Of a DNA stretch of 64,000 bases, positions 51,515 through 60,751 are shown one piece after another. Under the pieces are notes generated by a model. That model was not told the origin of the DNA and searched no databases. It was given only the letters and a program-made list of their open reading frames with translations. This DNA is from a virus. Its lineage: Duplodnaviria > Caudoviricetes. Both the position numbers and the translations under genes were made by a program. Every line of letters starts with the position of its first letter. Within the stretch, counting starts at the first letter, position 1. The DNA is taken from the IMG/VR virus record IMGVR_UViG_3300001580_000006, positions 64,001-128,000 of that record, one strand, 5' to 3'.

Positions 51515-54096
51515 TAGCTTTCTACCTGTATTAAGTGGTTAATCGGGTCGACTACTATTCTATATGGCAACTGAGAATAGATGGCTGGGTTCTGCATCAC
51601 CATGAACCTGTGCTTTCTGCCAGACTCCTCCATGGCTGCTCTTTTAAACTCTAAGAACGCTTGGGCATTCTCTGGTGTCATAGTAGCACCAGTTTCATCT
51701 GTATACGAGGTTAAGTATGTCTTGTTAAGTCCTTTGCTGTGATGGATTAAAGCTGCTTCAATTATAGCCTCCTCTACCCATGCTTTCTGTGAGTCAGAGA
51801 GCTTTTCTACTAGACAGCTCTCTACGCCTGGTCTAATAGCTCGAAAGTCTAGTACATCAACCTCTTTGCCTTTCTCGGTAGCATCTCTAAGCGTCTCTAT
51901 TTTTATGCTTATACTGTCTGGATTATAATCTGATAGTAGACGGTTGGCGGTTACTTCGATGTCAGTTCTTATTGCCTCCAGCTCCATGGCTGGCATCTGC
52001 CCTGGTCTTATTGCTGAGGCAATTAGCTCCCACTGTGCTATCTCGTTCTTTAGCTCAGCCATCTTTGTAACTGCTGCTTGGTCTACACCATTTAATGCAA
52101 CGAGTGCTTGCTCAAACGCATGTACTTTATATTTAGCTCCAGCTTCAGCATCCCCAGTTGTGTTTAGCTCAGCCTTTAGTTTACTTAACTCAGTGTTATA
52201 GTCAGACTCAGCCGTTCTACGAGTTGCAATTTCTGAAATATCTACCGCATTTGGAGCAGTAGTCTTTAGATAGCCTAACTTATCTATCAAGTCAAGATAG
52301 AGCTTATAGTCTGTCATCTTTTCAGGGGAGTTGCTGTCCTTCCAATTGCTCAATGCCTTGCTAGTATCCGCAGCTTTCTTTTCAGCTTCAAGTTGGTTAG
52401 CGTAAGCTGCGTTGTATAGCTTCTCTATTGCAGTAATATCATACGTGGTGGTTGTTTTAGCAGTAGCCTCACCTATGTAGACTAGAAGCTCATTCTTCCT
52501 GTTACGTAGTGGTATGTCCTCTTTAGCTACTAGCTCTGGAACCAGCTCATACTTAGCTAGCTCAGCAGTTGCCTGATCAAGCTTTTCACTATTAGCTGCA
52601 ATGTTGGCTGTATATGAATTCTCGTCTTCAAGTAACTTAGCTAGCCTCTTCTCTCTACTAGTTTTAGCTTCATTACCAATTCGTACCGCTAACTGATAGT
52701 CCTCTTCAGATATCTTTGCTACTTTATACGCAGGACAATCCTCGAATAAATCCGATCCTATATCCTGGCAAGGCACCATGCTTTTTAAGGCGTACTTCTT
52801 TTCTGCCTCTTCTTGCTTTAGTTCTTCAGCAGTTGGGCTAGACAAAGCAGTCTTATATGACTTAGCGTTTACTAGCAGATCATTGGTAGCTTTAATAGCA
52901 GACTGTAGTGCAGCTATATCTCTTTTTAGATTAGACTGCTTTGTCATAAGATCTTGTCTAGCAATGACTTTCTCTAGCTTGTCATCTATTAAAGCTAGTT
53001 CTGCTTCAGCATCTCTAAGACCATTGCATAACTTGTCTTGCTCTGATAGTAAAGTTACTGCCTCACTCAGCGTTACTTTATATCCGTCTGCTCTCTGTTT
53101 AGCTAGTTCTACAGCCTGCTGTGCTAGTTTATTGGCGCTATCCAATTCTCGCAATGTGTCTTCCCAGCCACGGAACGACGAGGTGAGATCTTTGTCGGTT
53201 ACAGAAAATCCATGCTTAGTTTCTAAGGCAGCCTTCTGTAACAATAATTCGTTTATTTTAGCCTGGTGCTCTTCTGCAGCTGCAAATGAACTATTTAATC
53301 TAGACAACGCAGTAGAATTTTCAGTGGACTCTATATTAATTTTAGCTAGTCTAGTTTCAAGCGTTGCTTTGTTTACTAATATAGTATCGAGTGAGTCTTT
53401 GGCTGGCTTTAGGTGTTCGTCGGTTAATCTCTTAGCTGCACCTAGTTCATCACCTTTAATCACGTCGGCGTAGAAAGCATCGGCCTGGAAGTATGAGCTA
53501 ACAGCCGTAAATGCCTGCAATATCTGTTGAGCCACTTGTGAGCTCTTGGTACCTAGTTCTGCTTCTAGTACCTTAAGTTTACCCTCAGCGTGTTCCATCT
53601 TAGCCGCATAATGATCTAATCTATTAAGCTTATAGAACAACTCTTGCCTAAGTCCGCGCCGTATGTCTATAATTCTAAAGGACCTTTGTGAGCAGAACAC
53701 TGTTCTGAAGAACACGTTTGGAGAGCCTAACAGGCCCTCTAGCTTCTCATTATAGCTTCTTATATTACCTGACGGGTTTATATCAGTTCCATCAACTAAA
53801 AGAAATGCCGAGGATTTTGATTTAGTAGTCTTAAATATAGATCGAACAGTAACACCGTCGAACTCAAACGTAAGCTCTCTGCCACCACCGGGAATAAACA
53901 TATCCTCTAGCTTTGGAGCTTCAGGGTAATTAAGATAGGGTTGCATTAGGTATAGCAAGGTGGTCTTGCCGGCACCGTTGGGGCCGACTACCCCTATCAT
54001 ACCGTCTATGTTGGACAGATCTAGACTTACATCATGTATTTTTGATCCAATTACCAACCCTACAGAATCTTTTATCTCTATGTGCTTAAGTATCAT
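51514..54096 (-). CDS. SbcC/Rad50-like ATPase
   Basis: Walker A GPNGAGKTT, Q-loop FCSQ, long coiled coil with central Cys pair, Walker B YTDE; adjacent to the SbcD-like gene. Confidence 0.85.
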   Translation of the reverse strand: MILKHIEIKDSVGLVIGSKIHDVSLDLSNIDGMIGVVGPNGAGKTTLLYLMQPYLNYPEAPKLEDMFIPGGGRELTFEFDGVTVRSIFKTTKSKSSAFLLVDGTDINPSGNIRSYNEKLEGLLGSPNVFFRTVFCSQRSFRIIDIRRGLRQELFYKLNRLDHYAAKMEHAEGKLKVLEAELGTKSSQVAQQILQAFTAVSSYFQADAFYADVIKGDELGAAKRLTDEHLKPAKDSLDTILVNKATLETRLAKINIESTENSTALSRLNSSFAAAEEHQAKINELLLQKAALETKHGFSVTDKDLTSSFRGWEDTLRELDSANKLAQQAVELAKQRADGYKVTLSEAVTLLSEQDKLCNGLRDAEAELALIDDKLEKVIARQDLMTKQSNLKRDIAALQSAIKATNDLLVNAKSYKTALSSPTAEELKQEEAEKKYALKSMVPCQDIGSDLFEDCPAYKVAKISEEDYQLAVRIGNEAKTSREKRLAKLLEDENSYTANIAANSEKLDQATAELAKYELVPELVAKEDIPLRNRKNELLVYIGEATAKTTTTYDITAIEKLYNAAYANQLEAEKKAADTSKALSNWKDSNSPEKMTDYKLYLDLIDKLGYLKTTAPNAVDISEIATRRTAESDYNTELSKLKAELNTTGDAEAGAKYKVHAFEQALVALNGVDQAAVTKMAELKNEIAQWELIASAIRPGQMPAMELEAIRTDIEVTANRLLSDYNPDSISIKIETLRDATEKGKEVDVLDFRAIRPGVESCLVEKLSDSQKAWVEEAIIEAALIHHSKGLNKTYLTSYTDETGATMTPENAQAFLEFKRAAMEESGRKHRFMVMQNPAIYSQLPYRIVVDPINHLIQVES

Positions 54097-55256
54097 AGAC
54101 CTATATCCTTAATATGGTATAGCTTAGTAGACAGCTCTTGTGTAACTGCTACTACTGGTACCTGATTATCGGCCCATAGTTGAAACTTCTCTACGAACGT
54201 TGGCTTACTAGCCAGCTCTGGAATCCTAGCTTTACTTGCTTGAGTAGATATAATACGGAATACTGGATCCAAGAAGACTCTTCGTATTTCTGCTTCAGCT
54301 AGATTGGCTTCATCAACTTTATAATCCATTGGCATCTCTATGGTTACATGCGCTCTATAAGAGATAACGCCATCAGGCAGGTTATGCTTTTCTCTAAATG
54401 CTTTTATGTCCTCTTCTACGTATGTAGACCTGATATGTATTTTTACAAATGGCTTAGCTGGTAAAGGAGTTAGAGCCATATGCATACCAGTGTCATCGAT
54501 GGTTGCATACCTAAGAGCTTTCATTGAGAAGTCATTAGCTTCAGTTGGGAACAAGGATCCTGTATACCAAATCCATGGGTAATCCTGCGAGTGTGGGGCT
54601 GTGTGCTCGTGCCCTAGAGCAACTAGATCAAACTTTGGTACCTTCTCTGCAGGTATGACTAACCCGGTTCTTATTCCACAGAAGTTTACTGATAAGTGAG
54701 ATACAAGGATGTGGGGTTTGTCAGCTGGCACAGCGCCGTGCATAGTCTCTGCAACAGCTATCCATCTATCTATAGCAGACTGCACTGGATCATTTCTTTC
54801 AGCTGATAGACCAGGGACTGGCAACAGTGATATATATGCTACTAGATCTAAGTTGAGCTGAGGATCCATAGCAGCATTAAACTCTGTTATCAAGCATAGC
54901 CCAGTAGCCCTATTACGATATACAGCAACTGTCCGAGGCTTCGAAGCTAGTACAACAGGAAACTCAGCCTTACTGTGAAACAGGTTATACACGTCTAGTA
55001 TGCCAGGAACGTCGTGTGACAGTGTTCCATATACACCAACGACTGGGGCAACCCTAGATAAACCTCTAAGAAACTTGCCCATCTCTATAACAGTTGGGTC
55101 GTCTAGCCTTACAGACCCATTAAATAAATCTCCGCACACTAATATAATGTCCGGACGTTCTTCATAGGCAGACTTCATAGTGGCATCTACTGCCTCAGCA
55201 AACTTCTTGGTCCACTGCGGGCACAGATGAAAGTCACCTATCATTAAAGCTTTCAT
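54093..55256 (-). CDS. SbcD/Mre11-like nuclease
   Basis: GDFH, CGDLF, SHD, SHL, ALGHEH, YTGS. Confidence 0.85.
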   Translation of the reverse strand: MKALMIGDFHLCPQWTKKFAEAVDATMKSAYEERPDIILVCGDLFNGSVRLDDPTVIEMGKFLRGLSRVAPVVGVYGTLSHDVPGILDVYNLFHSKAEFPVVLASKPRTVAVYRNRATGLCLITEFNAAMDPQLNLDLVAYISLLPVPGLSAERNDPVQSAIDRWIAVAETMHGAVPADKPHILVSHLSVNFCGIRTGLVIPAEKVPKFDLVALGHEHTAPHSQDYPWIWYTGSLFPTEANDFSMKALRYATIDDTGMHMALTPLPAKPFVKIHIRSTYVEEDIKAFREKHNLPDGVISYRAHVTIEMPMDYKVDEANLAEAEIRRVFLDPVFRIISTQASKARIPELASKPTFVEKFQLWADNQVPVVAVTQELSTKLYHIKDIGL

Positions 55257-55621
55257 TTCTTTGGTTTCCTTTTAGGTTTAGGCTTTTTAACTGGCTTTCC
55301 GGCTTTGATCTTAGAGTTACTTGGCGGGCTAGAGATGTTTGGTTTGTCTGCTGACATTCTTCCTAACTTTCCTTCATGCACCGCAAACTTTATTTCGCCG
55401 GTAAGTTGAGCTGGCTCTTCGATCAGTTCTACATAAGAGTAGGGGGAAATATCTACGCCACCAGCAGTAGGATAGAACGTCTTGTCCTTAATAGTTACAG
55501 GCTTACGATCTATTGGAACTATTCTAGCTCTGCATTCGTTGACTGTAGCAACCCTAAACAGCTCGGGCCCAGATAGCTTTATAACCTGCCCTACTATAAG
55601 TAGTCCTGTATTCATCGCCAT
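55253..55621 (-). CDS. Hypothetical protein with Lys-rich tail
   Basis: 122 aa, coupled. Confidence 0.55.
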   Translation of the reverse strand: MAMNTGLLIVGQVIKLSGPELFRVATVNECRARIVPIDRKPVTIKDKTFYPTAGGVDISPYSYVELIEEPAQLTGEIKFAVHEGKLGRMSADKPNISSPPSNSKIKAGKPVKKPKPKRKPKK

Positions 55622-56022
55622 TAAAATGGTAAATCCTCTTTAGGTGGTTTATCCCACGGTACAACAGCTGGAACATCGTCTAATGTCTTTGGTAGCATAC
55701 TAGCTTCTATCCTGTACAGTGTTTCAACAGCAGCTAGAGCATTCCAAGCAACGGCCGTAAGATGGTCTTCGTCACGAAAGCCACCCAAGTATTTGAATAG
55801 ATGCCTAATAGCAGAGTCTAGATACCTACTAACTGGTTGGCCCTTTAGCCAATTATGGTCACCATATTTTTTTGCGCCGTTCTCATAGTGACGGGCTAGT
55901 CTATATAAGGCGTACGGAGGAATTAGGTCAAACCGCCCTTTGCCGGCTCTGGTATCTCTAACGCTACCAGTCTCAAAGCTTTGTCTCTCTCCAGAGTCTA
56001 CTACCTTATCAAAGGAAGCCAT
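55621..56022 (-). CDS. dATP/dGTP diphosphohydrolase-like (DUF5664-type) protein
   Basis: GKGRFDLIP, GAKKYGDHNWLKG, SAIRHL, DHL..VAWN. Confidence 0.8.
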   Translation of the reverse strand: MASFDKVVDSGERQSFETGSVRDTRAGKGRFDLIPPYALYRLARHYENGAKKYGDHNWLKGQPVSRYLDSAIRHLFKYLGGFRDEDHLTAVAWNALAAVETLYRIEASMLPKTLDDVPAVVPWDKPPKEDLPF

Positions 56023-56426
56023 TATAGTTCATCTCCTGTTCTTAACTTTACATCTCTAATGTCTTTGAAGAACTCTTCATAGGTTTTGTATTTAGTTCGT
56101 ATCGATTTTTTAACCTCAGCTAGATCTACCCCCAACTCTTTGATCATAAATCTAAGAACATTGTGAGGCGAGAATACTTTCATTTGGCACATTGGACAGA
56201 ACTCAACAGGAACCTCATCGGTATAGCAATCAGCCTCCTCTTCCCAAGTGTCCCATTTCTCTTGTTGGCCTATTTTGTGCTCAAGGCACACTATATGACC
56301 AAAAACGCACGAGAACATATCAAAGTCTCCGGGGCCTTGATCATAACCACTTACGGTTTCTCCGCACACTTCGCAAATGAATGAAGTGCTAGAGCTGTTT
56401 GAAACAAAAGCAAATCTCGTTATCAT
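56022..56426 (-). CDS. FVSNSSS-motif protein with RING-like zinc-binding domain
   Basis: MITRFAFVSNSSSTSFICEVC...CVFGHIVCLEH...CPMC. Confidence 0.75.
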   Translation of the reverse strand: MITRFAFVSNSSSTSFICEVCGETVSGYDQGPGDFDMFSCVFGHIVCLEHKIGQQEKWDTWEEEADCYTDEVPVEFCPMCQMKVFSPHNVLRFMIKELGVDLAEVKKSIRTKYKTYEEFFKDIRDVKLRTGDEL

Positions 56427-56428
56427 AG

Positions 56429-56620
56429 TTACCTCATACAGAATATAGTTATCTGCTCGTCTGTGGTAAACCCTCCCTCAAACGGTAAAGGTTGCGCCAG
56501 CTCATGGTGTATTTGGTAAGTATCAGCCAAAGTAACCTCAACTTTCTGTATAAGGCTAATCATTTGATGAGCCTCTTCCTCGCTTAGGCCACGCTTTATT
56601 AAGTCTGATGTCGTTATCAT
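56429..56620 (-). CDS. Small hypothetical protein
   Basis: 63 aa, ATGA overlap. Confidence 0.5.
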   Translation of the reverse strand: MITTSDLIKRGLSEEEAHQMISLIQKVEVTLADTYQIHHELAQPLPFEGGFTTDEQITIFCMR

Positions 56621-56991
56621 TTTCTTAAGAACTCTATTAGTTTGTCGTGCGATTTAAACTTACTGTGGATCTCTTTCCTTACCTCATCCTCTTTTATGCC
56701 AAGTACTTTAATTATATAGTTGTATACGTCATCGTCTCTAAGAGTTTTCATGGTGCATACGGGGCAAAATTCTTTCTTTACCTTGCCGTATAAATCATCA
56801 TTACCGTGATCGTTATAGGTCTCATAGCTATCTGGAAGATGGCCGGCGCACATGATGTGTCCAAATCCGCATTCAGCCATGCCTTGGTTCTCTAATGATT
56901 CGCCATCATATACTACGGCTGCTTGACTGCACACTTCACACACATAGCTAGATGATGAGCTGTTGGATACGAAAGCAGTTCTTATTCTCAT
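56617..56991 (-). CDS. FVSNSSS-motif protein with RING-like zinc-binding domain
   Basis: MRIRTAFVSNSSSSSYVCEVC...CGFGHIMCAGH...CPVC; AGGAG RBS, ATGA overlap. Confidence 0.75.
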   Translation of the reverse strand: MRIRTAFVSNSSSSSYVCEVCSQAAVVYDGESLENQGMAECGFGHIMCAGHLPDSYETYNDHGNDDLYGKVKKEFCPVCTMKTLRDDDVYNYIIKVLGIKEDEVRKEIHSKFKSHDKLIEFLRK

Positions 56992-57365
56992 TTCGGCTCC
57001 TTTATCCACTTAACTAATTCATCTATGGTCTGAAACCTATTCTTTATTTCTTTGCCAATGGTTGCAGTGTTAAAACCATACTGCTTCCATATATATTTTT
57101 CTATCATTTCATTAGTCAGAAAATAGCCCTTGCAGCAGCAACACAGGTCGGCCGGCACATAGAACCTATCATTGTCTGGTGACTCCAGCCACTCTTCAAA
57201 GGCTTCAAAATTCTCACCACCTTCCATGCATGCGTCGCATATTGTGTGTCCGTTTACGCACTCATAATAATCCATTGATTCGTCATAACCTTGTCCTCCA
57301 CAGTTGCTACAATAAACAAACGAAGACGAAGAACTATTCGAAACGAAGGATTCACGAATTTTCAT
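56988..57365 (-). CDS. FVSNSSS-motif protein with RING-like zinc-binding domain
   Basis: MKIRESFVSNSSSSSFVYCSNC...CVNGHTICDAC...CCCC. Confidence 0.75.
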   Translation of the reverse strand: MKIRESFVSNSSSSSFVYCSNCGGQGYDESMDYYECVNGHTICDACMEGGENFEAFEEWLESPDNDRFYVPADLCCCCKGYFLTNEMIEKYIWKQYGFNTATIGKEIKNRFQTIDELVKWIKEPK

Positions 57366-57769
57366 TTAACGTCAGCCTCCTTAAAGAACTCTTTCCACGT
57401 TTCATACGTACTTGGGCTGTTGAAGTCCCAGTCCCAGTGCTCTATTAATAGATTGCCGTCTGGCAGTGCATCTTTATTTATACTACCAGCGTCTTCTACA
57501 AAGTAGTATACAACATAAAACACAGGCTCACCCATATCTGGTGAGTCCTTGTGGTCTTTGGCGTGCTGTAGTATTAAGTCTACAGTTTTACGGCTAGTTA
57601 CGTTGCCGTATGTATTGCCTTCATAGCCCGAGTCATATATTCCAGGATCGCAGTATATGTCTTTAGATTTCAGCATGTCTGCTGTTATCTCTTTCGGTGC
57701 TATTCTATTGCAAACAACGATGCAATTGGAGGAGGACGAGTTGCTTACAAATATAAGTCTTTCCCTCAT
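57362..57769 (-). CDS. FVSNSSS-motif protein without the RING-like domain
   Basis: MRERLIFVSNSSSSNCIV; AGGAG RBS. Confidence 0.7.
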   Translation of the reverse strand: MRERLIFVSNSSSSNCIVVCNRIAPKEITADMLKSKDIYCDPGIYDSGYEGNTYGNVTSRKTVDLILQHAKDHKDSPDMGEPVFYVVYYFVEDAGSINKDALPDGNLLIEHWDWDFNSPSTYETWKEFFKEADVK

Positions 57770-57770
57770 T

Positions 57771-58358
57771 TTATTCTCCTATGTCTACTGTTTGATTCAT
57801 ATCTACTGCACAGTACGTGGTTTTATAGATCTTAATAACCTTTTCAATATGATAGTGTCCAAATAGCCAGTACCTTGGTTTGTGTACTTTATTCATTTCA
57901 TCTAGCAACAAGTTTGTAGGCGTTGGCACAGCATTGCGCAGTAGTCTTTTTGCTATCGAGCGAGGACCCTCATGTGATATCACTATGTCTGGTTTTTCCT
58001 TAATGTACAGCTCAAGAGCTTTATCCATTGCTTCAATAGACAGTTGCTCTTTTGGCCAGTAATCCACACCTGGAGTACGCATTTTCCAATCTACTGAGCA
58101 GCCGCCTGACACAAAGAATAGTTTTCCAAGTGGAGTATCCAGCGTTCCATAGTCGCCAAGGTACCCCTTGGTTTTTGTACAAAGATCTGGATTATCGTGG
58201 TTGCCTCTTATAAAGTAGTGATTACCAGGCGGTACTTCTGGAAGTGGGACACCAAAACCAAGCCCCAAATCTCCAAGCTGGAAAGTCCACTCGCTATCTT
58301 TTATTACACAGAGATACCAATCAAAGTCAGCATGAATGTCTCCTATAAACCGGATCAT
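57771..58358 (-). CDS. Calcineurin-like metallophosphoesterase
   Basis: GDIH, GDLG, RGNHD, ISHE, FGHYH. Confidence 0.9.
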   Translation of the reverse strand: MIRFIGDIHADFDWYLCVIKDSEWTFQLGDLGLGFGVPLPEVPPGNHYFIRGNHDNPDLCTKTKGYLGDYGTLDTPLGKLFFVSGGCSVDWKMRTPGVDYWPKEQLSIEAMDKALELYIKEKPDIVISHEGPRSIAKRLLRNAVPTPTNLLLDEMNKVHKPRYWLFGHYHIEKVIKIYKTTYCAVDMNQTVDIGE

Positions 58359-59095
58359 TCTATATCTCCAGTGTCCTTATTCAAGTCTAGGTTATATTGT
58401 TCTTGTACATGATCAAAGATTTTCCCAAGCTTCTCCTTGACTTTATCATATGAGTCCATTTGCCTAAGTACATATGCTGGGTGCGCAACCCACGAGTATG
58501 CAATTTTCTGGTACTTTCCAAACGTTATATCTTCATCCAAAGGACTGTGTGACCCCGTCACGCCCAACCTACGCATTGCAGTAGCACCTAAGGCTATAAT
58601 GAAGTAAGGCCGTAATAGGTATATCTGATGTTCTAAGTACGGAGCACAAGCCTTTACTGGCTCTTCTAGAGTTCCTTCTCCTCCATCCTTATTTACTTTG
58701 CACAGCAAGGTATTAGTGTGGTACAGTTTCTCGTGGTCTATCCCAAGTTCTTCTAGCATTTGGTGCCATATTCTTCCAGATGGTCCAACCAGAGGCGAGC
58801 CGGCTATGACCTCATCCTTTCCTGGCGCTTCCGCCAGGATCATAACTTTTGCATAGGGGTTGCCCTTAGACAAGACAGATGCCTGTCTTATTTGTCTAGA
58901 CTTTCTACCCAATGAACATCTGGTACAGGAGTTTGCTAAGCCTCGCAGCCTCTCTATATAATCCTCCCTATTATCAGCTGTAAGCATGCACTTAAGAGGA
59001 TCCTTGGAGCTTTGGTGCATACTCTGTCCAAATAAATCTCCTTGGTCGCCCTTTGATAGTCTGCCATAAGCAGGTAATAGTGGTCTAGACATCAC
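58355..59095 (-). CDS. Uracil-DNA glycosylase, family 4
   Basis: CTRCSL, AEAPG, VGPSG, TNTLLC, ACAPYL, ALGATA, HPAY. Confidence 0.9.
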   Translation of the reverse strand: MMSRPLLPAYGRLSKGDQGDLFGQSMHQSSKDPLKCMLTADNREDYIERLRGLANSCTRCSLGRKSRQIRQASVLSKGNPYAKVMILAEAPGKDEVIAGSPLVGPSGRIWHQMLEELGIDHEKLYHTNTLLCKVNKDGGEGTLEEPVKACAPYLEHQIYLLRPYFIIALGATAMRRLGVTGSHSPLDEDITFGKYQKIAYSWVAHPAYVLRQMDSYDKVKEKLGKIFDHVQEQYNLDLNKDTGDIE

Positions 59096-59436
59096 ACCTC
59101 TTTATTTGTCAGCTCTCTTAGCTGGTTTATCATTGGACAGAGCTCGAAGGAGCACGCCGGGTCTCCATCCATCATTTCGAATCCTCCCTCTCCATCTTTC
59201 TTATACGGTTTCCAGGCACATGTTCCTTCTAGTATCTCATCGCTGCCCATATGGTTTCCACAGAACCCATGGTCTTCAAATACGTGATATATATTCTTCA
59301 GTGTTTCTTCCGCCAACACACCAGATCGTATGCCGGCGAGGAAGCTATAAATCTCAGCTGTAAACCCGCTATGAAACCTATGCTTCTCGTACCACTTGTT
59401 GGCTATTGACCACTCTCTTTCAGTGTATTTACCCAT
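59092..59436 (-). CDS. Hypothetical protein
   Basis: 114 aa. Confidence 0.55.
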   Translation of the reverse strand: MGKYTEREWSIANKWYEKHRFHSGFTAEIYSFLAGIRSGVLAEETLKNIYHVFEDHGFCGNHMGSDEILEGTCAWKPYKKDGEGGFEMMDGDPACSFELCPMINQLRELTNKEV

Positions 59437-59723
59437 TTATCACTCAACAATCCAAGTAAAAAATCAGGATCTGACCCTTGTTTTACCAATTCGTCTGACA
59501 TCTCTGTGGCTGTAAGAAACTTGGGCTTGCCAAACTTTACTATGCCTGACATGTGCCCGTAGGTTGTTTGGTAGTGTATATCGTCTATATCCATTTTCCC
59601 TACCGCTTCTGGGCGGCCAGATATTTCAGTATCATATAGTAGTTCTATTTTAACTATATGTTTAACCCACCTGTTCATGCTATCTTTTACAGGCTTCTTC
59701 GCTTTAGCTATCTTGTACTTCAT
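59403..59723 (-). CDS. Hypothetical protein
   Basis: 106 aa, ATGA overlap. Confidence 0.55.
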   Translation of the reverse strand: MKYKIAKAKKPVKDSMNRWVKHIVKIELLYDTEISGRPEAVGKMDIDDIHYQTTYGHMSGIVKFGKPKFLTATEMSDELVKQGSDPDFLLGLLSDKWVNTLKESGQ

Positions 59724-60751
59724 TTTACGCCAAAGGTCTCCTTTAGCCAGTTAATTGAATCGACAAATGATTTTCCTTGAGTAAACTCGACAAATTTTAT
59801 AGCATCTCCGCCAGCGTCACTTCTCTGAGATTTGCACGAGAAACAACAGAACGTATTGGTGCGGTTGTAAATAACCAGAGATGGATCGCTATCGTTGTGC
59901 TGCGGACATTTTATGTAGGACCTATCACTGCTCTTCTGGTGGACTTGATAACCAAGAGCACCGCATATACTATGTATGCTTATACTCTTTAGGTCATCTA
60001 AGTTATTAGTTTTCTTAGACTTAGGGGCAGCCTTCTTGCTTTCAGCTACTAGTGGTTTACCCCATGACTGCTTTATCAGTCTTATGATTTCATCACGAAA
60101 GCCAGAACCAAGGTTATTATAGAGATCATTGACATCTGTTTTGCTATGTCCAGGCAGCTTCTTTGGAACAGCAACGCACACTGTAGCTTTAGGGAACTGA
60201 GTCTTGAGGTCTATGCCGAATTTTGTAAATCCAGCTACTCCCTGCCCAGCGCTATCATTGTCTGCGATAAGTACAAACTTATTCCACTTGCTGCCAAGGA
60301 ATGGTATCTTCTTACTGGCCATACCTATTCCGTATAACGCTAGTGCTGGAAGCCCAGCTTGGTGTAAAGTAAGAGCGCAGATTGGAGACTCAACTAATAT
60401 GAGTGGGTCGTTCTTTGGGTCGGGGCTTGATTGTAAACCATATGGATACCGTAAGTCCTTGGCATATAATATCTTGTGCTTTGGCTCAGCATTATCTATT
60501 GATCTAGTGGCTACCATAACAAGCTGCTTATCGTGCACAGAAGGAAAAACAATACGATTGTTCGCTGCGTACGAATCCCACCCTAACCTGCTTATTGCAG
60601 AGATGAGACCAGTTGGAGGCAATTCCGGAATGAAACCAACGGAAGCCTTTTCTAGTATCTCACTACGTAAACCGCGGCCACTTAGATAAGACTGGGCCTC
60701 TTTGTGATGAGACAACTCGTGTCTCAATAGCTCTAGAACTGCTGAAGTCAA
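59720..60751 (-). CDS. DnaG-type primase with C-terminal CHC2 zinc finger
   Basis: YLSGRGL, RIVFP, TOPRIM LVES and ADND, C-terminal CPQHND.DPSL...CFSC..GGDAI; start placed at a TTG overlapping the upstream stop. Confidence 0.85.
   Translation of the reverse strand: MTSAVLELLRHELSHHKEAQSYLSGRGLRSEILEKASVGFIPELPPTGLISAISRLGWDSYAANNRIVFPSVHDKQLVMVATRSIDNAEPKHKILYAKDLRYPYGLQSSPDPKNDPLILVESPICALTLHQAGLPALALYGIGMASKKIPFLGSKWNKFVLIADNDSAGQGVAGFTKFGIDLKTQFPKATVCVAVPKKLPGHSKTDVNDLYNNLGSGFRDEIIRLIKQSWGKPLVAESKKAAPKSKKTNNLDDLKSISIHSICGALGYQVHQKSSDRSYIKCPQHNDSDPSLVIYNRTNTFCCFSCKSQRSDAGGDAIKFVEFTQGKSFVDSINWLKETFGVK

Noticed and set aside
52778-53473. 231-aa + strand ORF, and similar antisense ORFs at 28237, 39048, 60204 and 62003
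   Set aside because: Antisense to well-supported genes, with no RBS or domain motifs; expected shadow ORFs
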